From: a virus | Length of the DNA: 64,000 nt | Strand: one strand, 5' to 3' | IMG/VR virus record: IMGVR_UViG_3300020378_001929 | Span: 18,531 to 82,530 of that record | Part shown: positions 10,403-19,400 of the stretch, piece by piece | How positions within the stretch are numbered: position 1 is the first letter of the stretch | Layout of the letters: each line of letters opens with the position of its first letter | Translations under genes and position numbers: made by a program | The notes under the pieces: model-generated | The model's input: the letters and a program-made list of their open reading frames with translations, nothing else | Told to the model about the DNA's origin: nothing | Database searches by the model: none

Positions 10403-13400
10403 TTAATCGTAATTATAGCTATCGATTTTGGCTTCTAGCTTAATTAGTTCCACAAAAGAAAAGTAATCGTATGGCCAGTTGTAATGAACTAAGCGTTTCC
10501 CAGTGCTTGTTTTGCCTGGGAGGGCGTCTGGAAAAGTCCCCTTTGTCACCGCAGGGCGGCTAGCCCTAAGATACTCTAGTCTTTCTAGGTTTTGTGACCG
10601 CGGATCAATAGACCTTCTTCTTATTGTTTCCAAATTGTCGATACCTCTTTGCTTGACTTTAAAAACAATCCATCTAGTCTTGTTTTCTTCATCAGGAGAA
10701 AACAAGTTTCTTGGCTCAGAGACGGGAGATAGATTCTCTCCTGTCAAGTTTGCTGTTTCTAGGTAGTGGCTTACAAATGAAATATCGTTGTGGCTCCTGA
10801 GTCGACCTTCTAGGGCTCTGTTTGAGTTTGATTTTCTTGCAATCGCAGAACTATTCAGAGATTTGGGGTAAAGGTTCTGCCAAATATTGCTTAAATCTTC
10901 TGCATCGAAAGATGCATGGAATTGAAAAAAGTACATCATAAATGGGTCTTGTACCCTTGCGTTTTCTGGTACATTTATAAAATCAAACTGAGGTGGGAGT
11001 ATGAACTCTTCCATCATAAATAGTTGATATTCTATTGCGTCTAGTGGTCCACTGTTGAATGGGGTTTTCATTCTACCGTCAAGTGTTGCGCGGAATTCAT
11101 TATAATCTTCTAAGGTCAGGATCCTATCCGTTAAAACATCAGTCTCCTTTGTGATTTTCATGTTTCTCACATTGTCACTTGCCTTGTTGTACATATCTTC
11201 ATTAAATTTGATAAATTCAACTCTATTATCTAAATCTTCACGCAAAACATATGGTATAGCCACTATTGCTTCTTTGACAACCTTCCTATCTTCAACTGTA
11301 CCAACTTTATCTCTGTACTTTTTTGCTAACTTTAGATTAGCTGCAGATGGTTCTTCTTGGTCATTGAACCCTAATCTTGCGGCGAGACCAGGGGTGTTGG
11401 CGCCAATGGGGACGTCTATTATTGAAAGGTAGTATCCTTTTTTATCCGACTCTTTTAATAATTGTCCTTTTTGATGCCACATTCCAGTAGAACCAGTCAA
11501 AAAGCTGCCGGGAGTAGTTCCTTCTCTGGGTGCGCCAACTCCGTCATAGTACCTATCCCATTGGCGTTCTTTCCATGGGGATCCAGATACTTGGACTGTC
11601 GTACTATTTGCTAAGTCATAAGCTGTTGCTTTTACTGACTTAAAATCTAAAACTGGACTTTCCCATTTTGTTTGTATTACCCATCTCTCTCTTAAGTTGT
11701 TGGGATCCAAAGGCACCACATTCAAGGCACCATCGCCATCGGCGCCGTGTCCCCTGATTTGATCAAAGTTGTCTGTTCTTAGGGCTGCTATCATACCAAG
11801 ATTCAGGGAAGCAGAAAGCGACATTGCGTGGTGATAATTTGTGTTGCTATGAGTGCCAGTTTTGGGATCAGGAACATCGGCATTGCTAGCCTCTTCAACA
11901 AAATTATAATATGCATACGAACTAGAGTTCATGACCTCTCTAACTGTATAATCTTTTGTAACAGTAGGGGAAAAGGTCACTTCAACATACGGTGCGCTGT
12001 TTGCGTCCAAAAACGAAGGCACATAGGGCATATACCCATGAGTGTTGGAAACTTTCGTTGTTGTCTTGGTAAAACCTGCAGATCCCGTTGATTGAAACGG
12101 CGTGAACACATCGGATGTTGCGTTTGAATATATATGCCCTTGATATGATGAAGTTATGTGCGAACTGTTCTTTTCACCATAGGCATTTGACCCAAAGAAA
12201 GCCACCCCATGATCGTTTGATACTGTTGACGTACCAGAACCGCCCTTACAATTCACAAACACCCCAACGTTAGAGGTTGCGCCGATGAGGGTAGTCATTG
12301 CGTTCGACGGCATGACGTTGTCGAGATAAGCCTGAGTTGATGAGATGTTGGTAGATTCTTTATAGTCTAAATTTGTAGAACCAGATATCACCAGAGTGCT
12401 GCCGTCTATATGAACCTTGTTCGTTCCAGATGTTGAAAACCCTAAACCAAGCACAGAGCTTGTTAGGAGTGTTCTGATTGTTGCCATGACCTCTGCCGCA
12501 GATGGCGCTTTAAGTCCGGCGCCGGCATCTTCTTGCACCCTAATGGCTGCAAAATTGTTTGCCACTGTTGGGTATGGGAAATTTTGGTTGCCAGAGATGT
12601 TCCGGAAAGCAACTGCTGTTCCGAGGTTGGCTGTACCTTGCGCGCTCGTGACGCCGAATCGGTTTGCTCGCGAAGTTGCTGGGACTGTTACCAGACCTTG
12701 CAGGGCTCTTTCGATATAATTTTCAATACTGTTATCTGCATCATCAACCCAAGAATAAAAACCAGAAGCACTATGATAAAGCATTATTTCAATATTGTCA
12801 TCTGGACCTTGGATAAAGATTCTAGGATTTCTTGTGTAGTGTCCAGCAGTCGACCCGGTCAAAGTGTAACCGGCATTTGAATTACTTGATCCAGATGGAT
12901 GCCGCATTGTTAACTTGATGTGCGCTGGAATTCCAACGGGGTTACCTTGATACTTGGTTATGGCAACACCGGTGCCATCGCTACCTGCTTCCGCTACGGG
13001 TGGACCGAAGGCTGAGTGCCTGTCATACATCATGGTATCAACGTTTTCCAAGTAAATTCTCATCTTGTAATCGTTTCCAGAAGTAAACGTTTGTTTTCCT
13101 GGTTTTGAGACCTTTGTTGTCAAATCCCCATCCTTAAGGAAAAAGTTTACAGTCTCTGCGGCAAAGTTTTGCATTGCCAAAGTATAGGGAGCCAGCTGGG
13201 ATGTCAAGCTTCCTTCATTGTTTACAAAGAGCGAACCTATGTCTTTCTTTGCAAGAGTATTAAAAGATCCGAATAGTGCTGGTCTCTCAATAATTTTATT
13301 AAACTGTTGATTTCCATAAATAAGACTAGCACTTGGGTGAGGTTCGTTGTCATAAATTCTAACGTTAAACAAGGAGCTTGGACTCAACATTTCCTCAAAC

Positions 13401-16400
13401 TCTATTCTCTTGGACACATGCCCTCGAAGTCGGGGGATACCGTAAACGGTGCTGGATCCACCAAGCCCGCCACGATTGGTCAAGTTAATTACAGATGCAG
13501 TAAAAGGCAAAGGCGCTTTAAGGGAACCTGTGTTATCTCTAAGAATTAGTTTCTTGTCCATACCATCTTGCGCGAGAGGATGTGTTCCGCCAACTTGATG
13601 GGTGCTTGTGCCGGCACTGCTGTCGCCAGTTTGACCAATCTCTGCTTCGGCATTCAACATTAACCATGGCACACTTGAGCCGAAGTCTGTATTGAAGACT
13701 ATTTGCGAGTTCCCTTTGTAGTTCGCCATTATATCATTGTTTGACGCGTGATACTGTCCGACATCGGAGAAAGCAGCGTGGATATTTTGGATTGATCCAT
13801 AGTCAGTACCATCGTTTCTAGGGAGTCCCCTGTAAACCCCACCAAACGCACCGGAAAAAATAGGATAATCTGTGGCAAGACCTGCCTTAATTGAGTTAAA
13901 TAATATACCAGGTCCAAATAAAGGTTTCGTAACCTGGTATCTGGATGCGTTGGCTCGAAGTTTTATAAACCTTTTCTGCTCTGTGGAGCTTAATCCGCCT
14001 TCATCTAGCTGAGATATATCTATCACATTATCATTTGTAACAACAACATCATCGGGTAGATAATTCTCATAAAACAATTCTGCTATTTGCACGGTTCTTT
14101 CTGCAGGATAAAAGCCTTTATAAGGCAAGAACTTAGTAACTGCTTGACATCTAAAGTTTATCCTAGCATGTTCAAGGTTGTTTTCTTTGTCTTGGCGATC
14201 TCCGCTGACCTCTTCATCGTATATCTGGAAATACTTAAGAAAATCTGAATTAGAGTATGTCTTAAAAAAGTTACCGCCGTCGGTAACATTATTGGAAGAA
14301 CTCAAGTATACGGCTCCAGTCAATATCAAGAAATCATCTCCAATGTTTGGGTACTCTCTTTTAGACTGTACAATATCGTCAACAAATTCACTGATTCTAA
14401 ACTCTGGCACGAGGGAGTGATCTTGTCCTAATATCCTGGTTTCTGCTGCATAGTCAGAATAAGAATCATAGAAAGGTCCCAGCGTTCCACTTGCTGCTTC
14501 CCACTTTGCTTCGCCGGCGAGATAAATAAAATTTCCGTAGGACTGCGGGACTCTTCTGTTATAAATAACAGAATGTGGAGGTGTACCATATAAGTTATTC
14601 ATTCCTAGAGGAAATGTACTGTAATCGTTTTGGAGAATGCCCTCCCCTCTTGTTCCCTGCTTTCCTGTACTAGAAGTTAAATAAATTGTGTCGCGCGTCA
14701 TAAAAGATACTCTTATGTCTACTGGTGTTGACCCAAAATCTCTTCTAGAGTCTAGCGGCCATGTCGAAGACGTTATGTGCAGGATGCCGCGGTGGGGGTT
14801 AAAGCTCCCAGTATGCTGCATAAGAACCAGGAGAGCATCTTTGCCAGCGAATGAGTTTTGCGGACTTTTTAGCTTTTTATCTTCAAATTCTGGGAATAAC
14901 CTTAAAGTAGTACCGGCGTTGGATCCGCCGATGATTGACCCTGCTGCAGTTCTCGTTGTTGCCCTTTCAGGTCGAGTGATAGAAATAAGTTTAGCGCCGA
15001 AAATATCGTGAGTTACATTTCCTGATAGAATTAAGTGTCGGGTGTCTCTATCTGAGTTCCATGGAAAATACTTAAACTTTGTTCTTTCTCTTGCAAATTG
15101 ACTATAAGTGTTTACCTCTCGGGGGTAAATTGTTTCCTTATAGTTTATTTCTAGCATTTTTTGCTGAACTTGATAAGAATCAAGTAAGTTATAAGCGTAA
15201 TCAAAAGTTCCATGCGTACGCTTTTCTTTGAACTGTATGTCCTTAATAAAATCTGAATTTGCAAAACTTGTAATATCGTTCGGCGCGGTGTTGGTGCTGA
15301 TAGTGCCGGCTGATTTCAATATCTCTGGAATTGGCATTGACAGATCTTTGAAGTATTGTAATTTTCCAAACCAACTTAACTCGCGCTGGCGTTGAGATAA
15401 GCGCGGGTAGAACTCTTTGTCTCTGGAGGAGTTTACAAATTCTCTTGGATCTCTAGGGTCGCGACCAAGCGTAAACTTTTCATCCTTATTTAGGGTGCGG
15501 TTTGGTATTCGTTTTGACCCCAAGATTATACGAATTGGATTGAACTTTCCAGTTGCAACAGGGTCAACATAATTTTTGACCACTCTGCTTGCATTATAAG
15601 CTGGCTTTGAGTCCAAAAACCTAGCCCTCTCGTACGGATCAATAATATTGGCATGCGAGCTGGCTGCAATATTCATCGATGGTGCAACTTCTGACCTTAC
15701 CAGGTAAGACGGAGAGGTTATTGCCCTTTTCGGGAAAGCCAAGAACGTTCTAGATATCGTATTGGTTTTCCGGTGAGCGCGGGCTATTGGATGGTTGCCT
15801 GTTCTAATTTGTTTCCAGGATGGCCATCCATACGGACCTTGTCGATGAACTATGATGCTGTTTAATAAAGACTTCTCTCCAGCATACTTATCTTCACCTC
15901 CAGAGTGAAATGGAGGGTTTATTAATTCCTCACCAGCTAGACCGTTCATGAAAAATTGATTTAAATAATTAGCACTTAGGCGAGACATGTCTCCTGTGAC
16001 ATTTGTTATCTCAAGGGATCCATACCCCACTGTATTAGTGGAAGAGGAGATTGGTTCATAAATAGCAGCGTTTAATCCAACAAAATCAATAGCTCTTGTT
16101 TGCGAGGGATTTGCTGACTGTTCACGCGCTAACCCATAAAACATATTATTCTGATATGCGTAATATACCACTTCACTAGCGCTTAAAAATTGTATCGATT
16201 TTGCACTGGCGCTAGTATAAGTGTGCTGATGTCCTAAACCTGCGTTCCTGCTTACAAAATCAGACTTTGTATTGACTGCGCTTGCCGTGATCCAAGAATA
16301 GTGAAAATCATTTTGTGGTATCGGATGCTGCACGAAAAAGTTATCTGCTTTTTCCACTAACGACGCTTTGCCCCCAGATGATCCCAAAGAATAGTTTCGA

Positions 16401-19400
16401 TTAGTTACGTGAACAGACTGTTGCGCTTTGCCGAACTGCGTTACAATAAAGTTGCCCGGGTTTTTGACGCTTAAAACAATGCTCCAGGTGTCTCTCGAAG
16501 CGAGCCCTGATGTCGTACCCTGATTAAAGCGATGATGAAATGAAAGCGTTGTAAAATTGCTGGCTTTGGAGTCGCCGTGGTGGTCAACAGATGCTGAAAG
16601 ATGGTTCCGGAAACCCTCCGCAGACAGTGCAGTATTCGGGTGGTCGAAAAGTGTCTTTATCACTTCGGCTTGCATTCCGGTGAGCGAGTACCCGTCCGGT
16701 GTGGTATCGAAATTGCTTCCGCCACTTGTGAAGTTTGACGCCGCGGCGCCAACGGCCAATTCCTTTGGTGAGCCAGTGCCGAAATCTATAGCTATTGTAT
16801 CCCCTATTTCAAGCGGTTGAAACATAATTATGCTTGCTGGAGTATAGTAAGTTCCTCCTGATCTTTGTCCGCCGCGGAGAGATTTTTCTTTGTGAAGTCT
16901 ATTGAGGACTGCTCTTGTTGATAGATTTCTATAGTTTAGACCGTTATAGACCGAATATTCTTCTGACTCTTTATCTCGACCATAGACCCCTTGTGTTTCT
17001 GGACCACCAGGAGACGAAAACCTGTTAACAAATACATGCTTTGCTGTGCCCCTGGATGGCACTGTATAATCAATTATACCGGCTCTAAGTTGTGTTCCTG
17101 TTGTGACAACGCTTCCACTATCCTTTACATAGGCATTGTTCAGGCTTCTACCAGACGTTTGAACAATGTCGTAGTCTTCCCTGTAGTTGCCCATTGCGAT
17201 AGGTGAGATGCCAGTATTTTCTTTTATGTTTCGTATATTTACTGGACCTTTGACTCCCATACCGCGTGGAGTATATGACCGCGGACCGGTGGATTGCTTC
17301 ATTGTAAAAACAGTACTTGACGCCGACAATATGTAGGCTTCTGGTCTGTCTTTGTCCGCTGTTCCAAATTTCACTCTTCTGTGTGGCATGCCACCGACAA
17401 ATTCTCTAGTAAAAACCCCTTGCATAACACCATAATCATCATCATGATTATTTGTTAGGGTTAATTTGTCCTTAAAATTAGAAAAGTCTGTACCAACAGA
17501 GGAGCTGTACAAAGTAAATGGGAAAATCATATCGGCATCTGCGTCTAAATACCCATCTGTACCTGCCGTGTTAGCAATAGCTGTATATATATCTTCATGC
17601 TGAGGGTCTATAACATCATTGCAATTCTTGAACTCATAAATGTCTGATTTGTTTACAGTTATTTCTCCACCAGAAGCGATTATTGGTTTGTGCAAAAATT
17701 TATTTTTTGACGCGTTTCGATTTGATCCCATATCTAAAGTTCTAAGATGATCACCAACAAAGTTATATGGCCTAGATAATCTTCTAAGTACGTATGTAGA
17801 TCCGGCGGCAGAACTTACTACTGTGTTTATCCTTTGTCTTATCTGCTCTCTGTCAGGGTTTACATTATCCGACACTGATAAAACCTTGTCTCTTTCTGCT
17901 CTTTCCTGCCACCATAGACAATTTTTCGGATGATCTTGGAAAGTTGTTACTACCGTGTTTGTTCCTCCGGCGAATGCTGCCGAGATTGAGGCACTCGAAA
18001 AAGTATGTTGATGAGTTGTATCTTGTAACTGCGCTGACAAATGATTAGTCAACGAGTTGCTGCCTCCTCCGGAATCATAATCTACACTAATACTTGCAGC
18101 CGAGTGGAGACCTGTGAAAAATACCGTTCGAACGGTGCCGCCGGCGCTTGCAGTCAAGCTTTGGAGGTTGGTCCCATCAGTTCCGTTTACTGCGGCGATT
18201 ATACGATCTCTCATAGTGGTGACTTCATTTGGAGGCACTGTACCAATTGGAATCTCTCTATCATCCGAAGGCGGATAAGTTGAGTTACCAGTAAATGTTA
18301 ATGTTCGACTGAGTCCTCCGTCGGAAACAAGTATTGAGCTGCTAATAAACTGTGATCTATTTGAGAAAGCAGATGTATTCAAAGTAAAAAACTTTTTCTG
18401 CCTTCTTGTTGCAGCGGTTATTGTAGTATTACCTGCGGTGCCAGCCGTTGCTTGAGTCAACGTTACAGTATTTGTTCCAGCAGAATGATCAAGAACGATT
18501 TTACTGTTGGAAGAACCAGCGTTATGTCCCGTGGCACCGTTGATGGCAGTGACCAAATTAGCATAGGTGGTATCAACGTTTCCTCCATTAATTGATACTG
18601 CTATGTTCCCACCTGCAACCGTGCCGCCGCCGGCGGCAGAATTAAATTCATAAGTCTTGCTGGTCCCGTCTGTGGAAATTATAGTTAATGTATCCCCGTC
18701 TTCAGGATTTCCAGTGTATACTATTGATCCGGATGCAGCAGTCTGAGTTGATGTTGATGATGTAAGGAGCGGGGCATGACCATGCTCCCAATCATATAGA
18801 AGCTCGTTTACACCTAATATTTGCCCAACAAGCTTTGGATCCTTGTACTCAAATTGAGGTGCTTGATGCTTGTACTTATTTCTTTCAAATACGTGGCTCT
18901 CTACTACATCCTCTAAGTTTAAATTCATATTCGAAGTCGCTGGTTGCAACTGTCGAAGAAGATTTGCGAGAGAAGAGTCTATCCATTTATAGTATTCGAT
19001 AAAACTTTCAAGATCTATCTTGTTTTCTACTCTAGCGAAGAATCTATCTCTCAGTTTCTCCAGTGTCTTATATTCTTGGCGATATTTGTATACTGGCTCA
19101 CCTATCAGATTGTTAAAGGCGGTGGCGCCAGCTAACATGTTAAGCATCTCTTTAGATATGACTTGGTACATGCTTTTTTCATATGTATGCAAGTATGACA
19201 TTGGCTTACTGTCTAGAGTAAAAGAGTCAACCTCTCTATCTTTAATTTCTATTTTGGACTCTGCCTCAAGGTTATCCACATTTAGATATCGAACATTTGG
19301 TATATATTCCTGTCTAATGGACCCTTCTTGGTGCTGCAAGTTGTGAGTCACTGCTGGGTATTTGTACCCTGTGATTGGTCCATATTTTGTTATATTTTCT